Of a DNA stretch of 64,000 nucleotides, positions 1 through 10,557 are shown piece by piece. The stretch's first letter is position 1; the number at the start of each line of letters is the position of its first letter. The notes beneath the pieces were generated by a model. It had not been told where the DNA came from. It saw only the letters and a list, made by a program, of their open reading frames with translations, and did no database searches. Source of the DNA: Laetmonice hystrix (taxonomy: Eukaryota); assembly GCA_965235115.1 (NCBI GenBank), contig OZ249436.1, positions 248,001 to 312,000 on the forward strand, written 5' to 3'. A program made the translations under genes and the position numbers.

Positions 1-468
1 TTAGGGTTAGGGGCAGGGCTGGGAAGGGTTAGGGTTAGCGGCTGGGAAGGGTTAGGGGCAGGGGCAGGGCTGGGAAGGGTTAGGGTTAGGGGCTGGGAAG
101 GGTTAGGGTTAGGGGCAGGGCTGGGTAGGGTTAGGGGCAGAGCTGGGAAGGGTTAGGGTTAGCGGCTGGGAAGGGTTAGGGGCAGGGGCAGGGCTGGGAA
201 GGGTTAGGGGCAGGGCTGGGAAGGGTTAGGGGCAGGGCTGGGAAGGGTTAGGGGCAGGGCTGGGAAGGGTTAGGGGCAGGGGCAGGGCTGGGAAGGGTTA
301 GGGTTAGGGGCTGGGAAGGGTTAGGGTTAGGGGCAGAGCTGGGAAGGGTTAGGGGCAGGGCTGGGAAGGGTTAGGGGCAGGGCTGGGAAGGGTTAGGGTT
401 AGGGGCAGGGCTGGGAAGGGTTAGGGTTAGGGGCTGGGAAGGGTTAGGGGCAGGGGCAGGGCTGGGAA
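1..468 (+). repeat. G-rich telomere-variant array (TTAGGG / GCAGGG / CTGGGAAGGG), intronic
   Basis: Irregular concatenation of TTAGGG, GCAGGG and CTGGGAAGGG modules; runs off the left edge. Confidence 0.9.
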
Positions 469-602
469 TAGTGAGAGTTGTTTGTTATTATCCCAGTTTT
501 GATGTATAGGTTACGACGAGGATCTACTGTGACAGCCACCATTGGGTTCACTTAGGTACATGTTGGGACGCGGTCATTGAGGGCTAATCGAGCAGGACTT
601 AC

Positions 603-720
603 CTTTTAATCCCGTTAATCCAAGTTCACCCGTCTCGCCCTTCTCACCCTTCCGACCGTCGTCTCCCCGCGAGCCGTGCATCCCTGGCACGCCCGGCACG
701 CCTGGAGTGCCGGTCGGTCC
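603..720 (-). CDS. Internal exon encoding a collagen Gly-X-Y stalk (C1q/CTRP-like secreted protein)
   Basis: Minus strand reads cag|GGA...AAA G|gtaagt and translates as [40 protein letters not shown], 13 uninterrupted Gly-X-Y triplets. Acceptor CAG at 723-721, donor GTAAGT at 602-597, 118 bp, phase 0 to phase 1 (split Gly codon). Not in the ORF track. Confidence 0.9.
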
Positions 721-996
721 CTGTGTTCAAGGTCACAATAAGGTCATTGGTGACTTTCTGATGGATAGACCCTCAGTCATAGCTCACATCTACACTAACA
801 AACAGTTCGTACAGTTAGGTTTGTTCACGTTTCTCCCACAGCGCTTTTAATCACGGACAATTCTTGAAGTTCAAACGACTTGGGTCAGACAGTCAACTGT
901 TTACTGACCTCGTTATAACGATAAGCATGTTTTGAATACACCAAAGAAAAGTCGTGGATGATTAGGGAAAGGATATTTTAAAGGACAGTCACTTTG

Positions 997-1747
997 CATG
1001 TTACTTTGTGAACCACAGACGTTGGTTTGTGTCATACCTGCTACATGTTACTTTGTGAACCATAGACGTTGGTTTGTGTCATACCTGCTACATGTTACTT
1101 TGTGAACCATAGACGTTGGCTTGTGTCATACCTGCTACATGTTACTTTGTGAACCACAGACGTTGGTTTGTGTCATACCTGCTACATGTTACTTTGTGAA
1201 CCACAGACGTTGGTTTGTGTCATACCTGCTACATGTTACTTTGTGAACCACAGACGTTGGTTTGTGTCATACCTGCTACATGTTACTTTGTGAACCATAG
1301 ACGTTGGTTTGTGTCATACCTGCTACATGTTACTTTGTGAACCATAGACGTTGGTTTGTGTCATACCTGCTACATGTTACTTTGTGAACCATAGACGTTG
1401 GCTTGTGTCATACCTGCTACATGTTACTTTGTGAACCATAGACGTTGGTTTGTGTCATACCTGCTACATGTTACTTTGTGAACCACAGACGTTGGTTTGT
1501 GTCATACCTGCTACATGTTACTTTGTGAACCATAGACGTTGGTTTGTGTCATACCTGCTACATGTTATTTTGTGAACCATAGACGTTGGTTTGTGTCATA
1601 CCTGCTACATGTTACTTTGTGAACCATAGACGTTGGTTTGTGTCATACCTGCTACATGTTACTTTGTGAACCATAGACGTTGGTTTGTGTCATACCTGCT
1701 ACATGTTACTTTGTGAACCATAGACGTTGGTTTGTGTCATACCTGCT
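997..1747. repeat. 47-bp minisatellite, ~16 copies (intronic)
   Basis: Unit CATGTTACTTTGTGAACCAYAGACGTTGGTTTGTGTCATACCTGCTA. Confidence 0.95.
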
Positions 1748-1962
1748 CCATTTTAAACGCTCATAAAAGTTGTATCCACTTACACACACCCACACACCCG
1801 CACACACACCCCCCCCCCCCACACACACACACAATAAAATCAGATTTATAGTAAATTTAGAGAGAACAATATCGAAAGAGAACGAATCACCCCATGAGGT
1901 TCTGATATAGAAGATTCTACGGAATAAAAGTCTATGGGAGTCGATATGACTGACTGACTGAC

Positions 1963-2118
1963 CGTGAGACAGCACTGGTCCTTGGAGACAGCGTTCACGT
2001 TACCATTGTTGTTAAAGTCGTTGCCGCCCGTGTATCCATACCCGGCACCCCCGTAGGCCACACTCAAACTGCACACCCAGCCCAGGGTAAGCAGGACCTG
2101 TTCTCGGACGGCCAACAT
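1963..2118 (-). CDS. Probable first coding exon (signal peptide + N-terminal Cys-Cys) of the same collagen-domain gene
   Basis: ATG at 2118 gives MLAVREQVLLTLGWVCSLSVAYGGAGYGYTGGNDFNNNGNVNAVSKDQCCLT, then ACG|gtcagt donor (phase 0), matching the phase-0 start of exon 720-603 (...QCCLT|GPTGTPG...). Hydrophobic N-terminus; acceptor ttgattcag at 2135-2133, so the exon probably starts at 2132. Confidence 0.8.
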
Positions 2119-2431
2119 CGGCACTACTCCACCTGAATCAACATCATCATCCCACATCATCATGATATCTTCAACATCATTATAATCATAACATGTAATA
2201 CTGGAGGGGAGCTAGAGAGGGAACGCGGGGGCGAGGTGAAGAGATCTTATATGGACGCTGTTTAAGAAGGGAGATAGAACGCCATAGAGAAGTTTCAATA
2301 CCTCCAGCGTTGACCGCAGTAGAATCGGAAATCAACGCGCAATCTCTGCTTGACCAGGTACTTTTACAGGTTAAAATGTTTCTAGTACATTTCATATAGA
2401 AATGATGGATATAGGAGTGAAATACCTTAAT

Positions 2432-2813
2432 CCCCCACTTACCTGTCCAATTCCCCACTTACCTGTCCTATCCCCCACTTACCTGTCCTATTCCCCACTT
2501 ATCTTTCCAATTCCCCACTTACCTGTCCTATCCCCACTTACCTGTCCTATCCCCACTTACCTGTCCTATTCCCCACTTATCTTTCCTATTCCCCACTTAC
2601 CTGTCCTATCCCCCACTTACCTGTCCTATTCCCAACTTATCTTTCCTATTCCCCACTTACCTGTCCTATCCCCCACTTACCTGTCCTATCCCCTACTTAC
2701 CTGTCCTATTCCCCACCTACCTGTCCTATCCCCTACTTACCTGTCCTATTCCCCACTTATCTGTCCTATTCCCGACTTACCTGTCCTATCCCCCATTTAC
2801 CTGTCCTATTCCC
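2432..2813. repeat. ~20-bp minisatellite, ~19 copies
   Basis: Unit CCCCACTTACCTGTCCTATY; the minus strand reads ATAGGACAGGTAAGTGGGG. Confidence 0.95.
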
Positions 2814-3119
2814 TAGCGCATCAAATTTCGAACAGCTCAGCATGTCCTATTCAAAATGTGACAGATACATGCCCTGGTTTTGATAGGGCTCTTCTGTTAT
2901 CGGTTGTTACCCCCGACCAATTTAATACCTTTTCGGGACTAGGACAGGACTGTTCAATAAATCTTGAGAGGGAGTGGTAGGGGTTTCGATTGTCAGTAAA
3001 ACCGTTCAGTATTACGTACAAAGAAATCTTCCTGCGACTCCATCTGTCCACCCTCTTTATGTTGGCCAGGTGTTCTCCGACATCTAACTGATTAATTACA
3101 GAGATCTTTACGGGCTCAC

Positions 3120-3205
3120 CTGTAGATCAATCTCGATAACTAAGTTATAAAAAACTCATTAGCGTCGCTTCGGCATGTTTTAATGGATCCGAGTTTTAAC
3201 TTCAC
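3120..3205 (-). other. Candidate 5' UTR exon of the collagen-domain gene
   Basis: Minus strand: pyrimidine-rich ttcttcacgtttgaag| acceptor and CAG|gtgagc donor around 86 bp. Motif evidence only. Confidence 0.25.
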
Positions 3206-3600
3206 CTTCAAACGTGAAGAATAAATGATCAAGAACAGATGATGATATAATAACAACAATAAACTAGACCTCCAGATTGCAGGCAATCAGGTATCCCGTT
3301 CCTCTATGGATGACTCTAAATGCCCTGTATGGCATGAAAGAATGTGCATCCGTACATGCACATAATTCATGGTCTTGCTGAAAATGAATGGCCAGAGGCA
3401 TAGTAGTAAACAGCGATGGATTACATCATACCAGTGTGAGGTCATAGCTCTATGGATGCCCTTAGAAAGGCCCTGTATGGCATGAAAGAAAGTCAACCAT
3501 ACCAGTAATGAGCATAGGGTACCGACAGACCACTTAGCCACCTGTGTACACAAAACTTCTTCAAAATAAAATATATAAAAATGAATACCAAAAAAAAGTG

Positions 3601-3655
3601 TTGACATAGGTGGGATTTGAAGGCAATGCCCTTGTCATGAAATTCACACACATCT
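3601..3655 (-). pseudogene. Highly degenerate tRNA-like unit (3' half)
   Basis: Aligns positionally with the two units below (…TTTCATGACAAGGGCATTGCCTTCAAATCCCACCTATGTCA) and is followed by a T run. Confidence 0.4.
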
Positions 3656-3742
3656 GTTGACACACATATTTTGTAGAGTGTTTCTGTAAATTCATAACCA
3701 CAGTAATTAAGAACTAAGTAGAAAACATTTTTAAAAAAATCA

Positions 3743-3812
3743 TGCCATGGGTAGGATTCGAATCCACGACCCTTGGCAAGAAAGTCCTACACTCTACCAC
3801 TGCACCATCCGT
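3743..3812 (-). pseudogene. tRNA-like unit with Pol III A and B boxes
   Basis: GGA-TGGTGCAGTGG(A box)-TAGAGTG...GGATTCGAATCC(B box)...; tRNA spacing and a downstream T7 run, but the stems do not pair properly. Confidence 0.65.
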
Positions 3813-4000
3813 ACACGCACACAATTAGTAGAGTCCTGCAATAAATGAATGACCATGGCATTGGCATAGAAGTAAACAACGATGAATTACATCATACCGG
3901 GGAGACGCCATAGCAGGCTTATAAAGGTCCCCTATTGTAAGAGAGCTATTTACCAAGATTACCGGAGGTAGGAAATATATAAATAAATCAAAAAATCTTT

Positions 4001-4072
4001 TGTCACAGGTGGGATCCGAACCCGAGACCTCTGGCATGAAGATCATACACTGTACCACTGAGCCATTCACCA
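4001..4072 (-). pseudogene. tRNA-like unit with Pol III A and B boxes
   Basis: TGGCTCAGTGG (A box) ... GGTTCGGATCC (B box); tRNA spacing and a downstream T6 run. Anticodon and acceptor stems do not pair. Confidence 0.65.
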
Positions 4073-5222
4073 TAGTGGTAAATAACTGTGTGTTACGTCA
4101 TACCATCGTTACGTCATAGCAGGCTTATAAAGGACGCCTGGTGAAAGAGAATTATGCCATTATCATTAGATATCAGCGAAATTCCACGAACTTCCTCATT
4201 ACATGCAAAATAGACAAATTTCAAAGTCACGTGACTCAGCCGTATGACGTCAGATTACAAAAAGGCTGCCATCAGGCGATCAGTCCCTCTATGGTGAAGG
4301 TATATACCAAATATGTTCACGGTTTTCAGGCTGGGGGGGGGGGGGTGGCTAACCCTAACCTAACCTCGGATTGGCTGGTGAAATGAAACCAAACAATTAG
4401 ACCTGTTTTAACACATTTACGAAAATGACCCGCCCCAAAAACGCATATCCGGCCCTAGCCCTGAGCCCTCCCCCCCGACCCCCCCCCCCCCCAAAAAAAA
4501 AAAAAAAAAAAAAAAACAACAACAAAAAACGAAACAACTTCCAGATAAACTCAAGAACGACAACGCAGGCGTTCAACTTTAACATTCATTAAGTTTAGAT
4601 ATCAAATAAATGAAAAGGTCCAACGATATTATCCAAAGACCTATTACGATTAGCATTGAAGATAGTAAAAATGCTGTAATATTTGATTAGACAGGTAAGA
4701 TTAGTATGCCATACTGGGTGAATTGGAAGAGTTGAATTGTTGGAGAAGCCCCCAATGTAGCCTTGATACTGTGAGTCGGTGTGATACTAGGCAATGTTTC
4801 TTCCTGACGACCTGCCATGGTGATGCCCCCGTCACCATGACACCGACACTCAGATTAGATTCTGATTGGTATCCAACTGGTAGTTGGCTGCCAATTAAAA
4901 TAAATTGCTTGGAGAGAGACGTTATCCACTCCTCATGGGTCAATAAGCAAGGTTGGCGTAGCGTAGATGAGTGACACTTTTGTCAGAGTCAATTTGTTAG
5001 TTTGAGGTATTGTGGAGGCGGTGAGATGAACACTGCTGTCAGTGAGGGTGGCCAAACGTCACCTTCTCCTCAACACACCTCTCTATGTTGCCATGGTGAT
5101 TTCATATCACGTCACCTGGAGGACATGTCATCCAGGGCGAAGCCGTCAGTAATTAATTATCTTCTCGAATAATAATATCATGATTGGTTAAAGGGAATAT
5201 CCCAGTGCTGGAATAATAATAT

Positions 5223-5348
5223 CCCAGCCCCCAGCCCCCAGCCCCCAGCCCCAGCCCCAGCCCCAGCCCCCAGCCCAGCCCCCGGCCCCCCGGCCCCCGG
5301 CCCCCAGCCCCCAGCCCCCAGCCCCCAGCCCCCAGCCCCCAGCCCCCA
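5223..5348 (-). repeat. (CCCCCAG/CCCCCGG)n heptamer repeat
   Basis: C-rich 7-mer; G5 tracts on the minus strand. Confidence 0.9.
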
Positions 5349-5428
5349 AAAAGATCATTAATATAATAAGATAATATTTAATAACCACAGAGATCAAAAT
5401 GAATGACTCATATTAGATCTATGGTTGG

Positions 5429-5767
5429 CAGTGGGGGACCCAAGATTTTTATAAGGGGGCCCACTTAAAAAAAAGTTAAGCCTCGCTACGCTCGGCATGA
5501 TTTTATTGTGTTATGGCCATTTTGGGCCCCTTTTGGTCTATTTCAATGATGCATGGCCCAGAGTTATGATGCTGCTGGATGCCTGAGGAGGCCCTCTTGG
5601 CCCCGATGTTACTATCACGTACAATATAGGAGGCTTTTTTAAAAAGAATTTTGTTGGAATCCTGGTTTTAGGGTCCGAATAATGGATTGTCTTTAAAAAA
5701 GGAAAAGGGAAAATTTAAAGGGGGCCGGCCCCCCTGGCGCCCCCTTGGCCCCCTGGATCCCCCAGGG
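5429..5767. mobile_element. MITE with imperfect TIRs (hAT-like CAGTGG terminus)
   Basis: Left CAGTGGGGGACCCA versus right TGGATCCCCCA; GC-rich subterminal segments; GGTTGG on both flanks (partial TSD). Confidence 0.5.
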
Positions 5768-5947
5768 GGTTGGGACCCCACCCCCAACATCTCAGTTGGA
5801 AACCCCCCTTATCTCAGTTCTGGCTACACCCCTTTTCACCGGTGCTGACAACTCGAGCCCCGGCCCGCTGAGATGACGTGGTTTGTTCAAAGTGACTTGT
5901 GTGACGTGAGTTACAGGTACATCGCAGAAATACTCGTGTATGTAATC

Positions 5948-6730
5948 TATACAACCTTGTACATAGAGGGAGGTGTCATACATACAACCTTGTACATAGA
6001 GGGAGGTGTCATGCATACAACCTTGTACATAGAGGGAGGTGTCATGTATACAACTATGTACATAGAGGGAGGTGTCATGTATACAACCTTGTACATAGAG
6101 GGAGGTGTCATGTATACAACCATGTACATAGAGGGAGGTGTTATGTATACAACCTTGTACATAGAGGGAGGTGTCATGTATACAACCTTGTACATAGAGG
6201 GAGGTGTCATGTATACAACCATGTACATAGAGGGAGGTGTCATGTATACAACCATGTACATAGAGGGAGGTGTCATGTATACAACTATGTACATAGAGGG
6301 AGGTGTCATGTATACAACCTTGTACATAGAGGGAGGTGTCATGTATACAACCATGTACATAGAGGGAGGTGTCATGTATACAACCTTGTACATAGAGGGA
6401 GATGTCATGTATACAACCTTGTACATAAAGGGAGGTGTCATGCATACGACCTTGTACATAGAGGGAGGTGTCATGCATACAACCATGTACATAGAGGGAG
6501 GTGTCATACATACAACCTTGTACATAGAGGGAGGTGTCATGCATACAACCATGTACATAGAGGGAGGTGTTATGTATACAACCTTGTACATAGAGGGAGG
6601 TGTCATGTATACAACCATGTACATCGAGGGAGGTGTCATGTATACAACCTTGTACATAGAGGGAGGTGTCATGTATACAACCTTGTACATAGAGGGAGGT
6701 GTCATGCATACAACCATGTACATAGAGGGA
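5948..6730. repeat. 33-bp minisatellite, ~24 copies
   Basis: Unit ATGTATACAACCWTGTACATAGAGGGAGGTGTC. Confidence 0.95.
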
Positions 6731-6989
6731 CACTGTCACTGCGATCTCTTCTACCTTCCCGATCACTCCCGATGTGATCCCCATGCCAAGTGTGAACGTT
6801 GTTTCAGGCTGAGTCCACACTATCAGATGTGGCGTAGCAGTGCTCAAGCGACAGCCGAGCTTTGAACTGTGAGCGAATGGTGGCCACACCAAAAGCGGTG
6901 TTCTCTGGCTGTCACCTGCACCCCTCTTGAGGTCGAGAGGTCAAATATCAGCGATCGATCTGTGAGCGACGATAAACATTGGAAAGTTA

Positions 6990-7520
6990 AGGCCCGGCCA
7001 CACAGAGCCGACTACCCCCAACCCGATGGTCGGAGGCCCGGGGGGTCCAAATCGGCCAACTACTCAGTCAGTCTGATATATGCCCAACCATGCCACACTG
7101 AATGCGATCCGAAAGTCGGGAGTGGGATGCCACACTAGCGACACCACTCGTGACCAGTATATACTATTGTAACTATTCATTCCCCTAGCGGTAGTTCCCA
7201 CTCCGCCATGTTGTTTGTGTTGTCCCGCTCGCAGGGTATCTTGGGAGTAGCGTTTGTATGGTGCGCGCTGTGATTGGCTGGTAAGCAGCCCGACTGTTGA
7301 GTCTGGTCGGTAGGTATGCCACACAGGCCCGACTAGGCCCGACCAGATCAAACCGTTTGGTCGCTCATCTTGTGCAGGACAAGATGAAAGACCGGACTGG
7401 TCAGTCGGTGAAAAACACCCGACTCTGGCTGACTGACCATGCCAGACAGGGCCGACTACCCCCGACTCGACTCCCCCAGACCATCGGGTCGGGGGTAGTC
7501 GGCTCTGTGTGGCCGGGCCT
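6990..7520. mobile_element. PIF/Harbinger (Tourist-like) MITE, 531 bp
   Basis: ~42-bp TIRs with 1 mismatch (AGGCCCGGCCACACAGAGCCGACTACCCCCRACCCGATGGTC); identical TTA TSD at 6987-6989 and 7521-7523; internal copies of CCACAC...CCGACT motifs. Confidence 0.85.
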
Positions 7521-8069
7521 TTAAACGTACTAGCACCGACCGCGCGGCTGCAGCTCATGGTGTGGCCACCCAGTAATTCAAACAATCATTTAGATTGCGC
7601 ACTTCTAGCGCCAGTCACAGCTATAACTCGTAGTGTGGCCTCAGGCTACGCATGGAGACGCAATCAAAGAAAGGTGTTTCTTTGTGGACCTTGGTCAGAT
7701 AGTAGACTCTTGACTTATTTTTTCCTGTTCTCCTGTGTTGAAACGTCCAAGAAAAACAAAATAGTGCAAGACAGTCGATATATTCCAACATGTTGTAGAA
7801 AAGAAAAGCAGTTTGGCCTTTAGTTCGCTAGTTTTACTGATGAAGGGAGGTTAGATTGATACCAAATATAGCCATCAGGTGGATGATTGATACCAGATGC
7901 GAGGCAGAGATAGTCGCCACCAAATAAAGTAGAGATTGTCGCCACCAGGGGGAGAATAAAAGCGACGGATTGTCGCCACCAGGGGGACACGTCCAGGAAT
8001 GTACTCGGACCGGTGACACCCATAATAGACAAACGTCAGCTAGCATGTTTAGGCCGGTCGATTTGCTGT

Positions 8070-8830
8070 AATATACCGAACTTAACGCCTGACCCCTGCG
8101 AGCACACAATGTCATCAGGAAGGGGAGAGTTGAGGTGTTTAATACCAAACTTAACGCCTGACCCCCGCGAGTACATAATGTCACCAGGAAGGGGAGAGTT
8201 GAGGTGTTTAATACCAAACTTAACGCCTGACCCCCGCGAGTACATAATGTCACCAGGAAGGGGAGAGTTGAGGTGTTTAATACCAAACTTAACGCCTGAC
8301 CCCCGCGAGTACATAATGTCACCAGGAAAGGGAGAATTGAGGTGTTTAATACCGAACTTAACGCCTGACCCCCGCGAGTACATAATGTCACCAGGAAGGG
8401 GAGAGTTGAGGTGTTTAATACCAAACTTCACGCCTGACTCCCGCGAGTACATAATGTCACCAGGAAAGGGAGAGTTGAGGTGTTTAATACCAAACTTAAC
8501 GCCTGACCCCCGCGAGTACATAATGTCACCAGGAAAGGGAGAGTTGAGGTGTTTAATACCAAACTTAACGCCTGACCCCCGCGAGTACATAATGTCACCA
8601 GGAAGGGGAGAGTTGAGGTGTTTAATACCAAACTTAACGCCTGACCCCCGCGAGTACATAATGTCACCAGGAAAGGGAGAGTTGAGGTGTTTAATACCAA
8701 ACTTAACGCCTGACTCCCGCGAGTACATAATGTCACCAGGAAGGGGAGAGTTGAGGTGTTTAATACCAAACTTAACGCCTGACCCCCGCGAGCACACAAT
8801 GTCATCAGGAAGGGGAGAGTTGAGGTGTTT
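8070..8830. repeat. 66-bp minisatellite, ~11.5 copies
   Basis: Unit ...ATACCAAACTTAACGCCTGACCCCCGCGAGTACATAATGTCACCAGGAAGGGGAGAGTTGAGGTGTTTA. Confidence 0.95.
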
Positions 8831-9354
8831 TTTTAGTAGCTATAAGGCAAAAGTAGCTATAAGGAAGTTCGATGTTCGCTGCGCGCCTACAGAATGTAAC
8901 TTGTATTGGCATACATGGTAGGCTAGCATGACTACATGTTAATTGTTTGTGTACTTGATTACATATTAATCGTGTGTGTACTCGATTATCCTTTAACTGT
9001 GTGTGCCTGGTGGAGGTAGCAGGGTGCGGGCACGGAGCGCATCGCCATCTATTATTTATTCTATCATACTGCACGGCGACTGGAGGAGGACGATGTAACA
9101 ATAGTCAGGAGGGAGCAGGGGGCAAGGGGGCAGTTGGCCTCCCCCGGCTGATTCTGAAAAAAAACGCCTTTTTTACTAGCAGGTGTCCTTATTTATATTG
9201 ATTATAGAAATATCGAACTGGACCCTAACAATATTTGGTTTTCTACGGTCCTAATCGGTCCTACGGTCGTGGAAATCCTAAGATAGGTTTGTACCTTGGG
9301 TGAGTGTGGACAGATAGGGGCTGGGTCTGCTGTTTGTAGTCTACTTGACGATAA

Positions 9355-10410
9355 CAGTGGTTGGGTGGTCCTAGCCTCTGGCTGGCCATTGAGGACTTCT
9401 CACCATTGGTCATTGAGGACCTCTCACCATTGGTCATTGAGGACCTCTCACCATTGGTCATTGTGGACCTCTCACCATTGGTCATTGAGGACCTCTCACC
9501 ATTGGTCATTGAGGACCTCTCACCATTGGTCATTGAGGACCTCTCACCATTGAGGACCTCTCACCATTGGTCATTGAGGACCTCTCACCATTGGTCATTG
9601 AGGACCTCTCACCATTGGTCATTGAGGACCTCTCACCATTAGTCATTGAGGACCTCTCACCATTAGTCATTGAGGACCTCTCACCATTGGTCATTGAGGA
9701 CCTCTCACCATTGAGGACCTCTCACCATTGGTCATTGAGGACCTCTCACCATTGGTCATTGAGGACCTCTCCATTGGTCATTGAGGACCTCACCATTGGT
9801 CATTGAGGACCTCTCCATTGGTCATTGAGGACCTCACCATTGGTCATTGAGGACCTCTCACCATTGGTCATTGAGGACCTCTCACCATTGGTCATTGAGG
9901 ACCTCTCACCATTGGTCATTGAGGACCTCTCACCATTGAGGACCTCTAACCATTGGTCATTGAGGACCTCTCACCATTGGTCATTGAGGACCTCTCACCA
10001 TTGAGGACCTCTCACCATTAGTCATTGAGGACCTCTCACCATTGGTCATTGAGGACCTCTCACCATTGGTCATTGAGGACCTCTCACCATTGGTCATTGA
10101 GGACCTCTCACCATTGGTCATTGAGGACCTCACCATTGGTCATTGAGGACCTCACCATTGGTCATTGAGGACCTCTCACCATTGGTCATTGAGGACCTCT
10201 CACCATTGGTCATTGAGGACCTCTCACCATTGGTCATTGAGGAACTCACCATTGGTCATTGAGAAACTCTAACCATTGGAGTGCGAATTCCCGTGTGTTT
10301 TTCAGTTATTTGCTGCAGGGTCAGTTTACCCCGGGTACTTCGGTTTTTCCACTATCAAACTGACTGCCACCGTCTGCCTCAGGATGTTGCCGACAGGTTA
10401 AATCTAAACT
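9355..10410 (+). mobile_element. Degenerate tRNA-derived SINE split by an internal minisatellite
   Basis: A-box-like TGGTTGGGTGG (9358), B-box-like GAGTGCGAATTCC (10279), then a body CCCCGGGTACTTCGGTTTTTCCACTATCAAACTGACTGCCAC resembling the conserved Meta/V-type SINE core and the copy at 63458. Confidence 0.55.
9385..10279. repeat. 24-bp minisatellite, ~38 copies (17-22 bp deletion variants)
   Basis: Unit GAGGACCTCTCACCATTGGTCATT. Confidence 0.95.
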
Positions 10411-10425
10411 TTAGTGGAGAGAACA

Positions 10426-10542
10426 CCTGGGCCCAGTTTTTCAATTATTCTCAACTTGAGTCAAGCTTAATTAAGTAAACAATTAGTTTACTTAAGTAAG
10501 CTTTACTCAAGTTGATAATTTTGGGAAAAAACTAGGCCCAGG
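10426..10542. mobile_element. Near-fully palindromic 117-bp MITE-like hairpin element
   Basis: CCTGGGCCCAGTTTTT...TCAACTTGAGT...TTAAGTAAAC / GTTTACTTAA...ACTCAAGTTGA...AAAAACTAGGCCCAGG. Confidence 0.7.
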
Positions 10543-10557
10543 CCATGTATCCTCAAG

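Larger units (their letters stand above)
3264..4400 (-). mobile_element. Non-autonomous Helitron-like element (3' end at 3264; 5' boundary uncertain)
   Basis: Minus strand ends ...GATTGC-CT-GCAATC (hairpin) TGGAGGT CTAG|T, the canonical Helitron hairpin + CTRR terminus before a T. Interior has degenerate internal repeats. Confidence 0.5.

Noticed and set aside
1..468. True chromosome telomere
   Set aside because: Heavily interrupted, intronic, and G-rich on the + strand at a left edge (wrong polarity).
2119..2163. Upstream MMMWDDDVDSGGVVP start of ORF 1846..2163
   Set aside because: Most of it lies 5' of the acceptor at 2133 in an ATG/GAT low-complexity tract, and it would mask the signal peptide.
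3743..4072. Functional tRNA genes
   Set aside because: A/B boxes are present but acceptor and anticodon stems do not pair; kept as tRNA-like pseudo-units.
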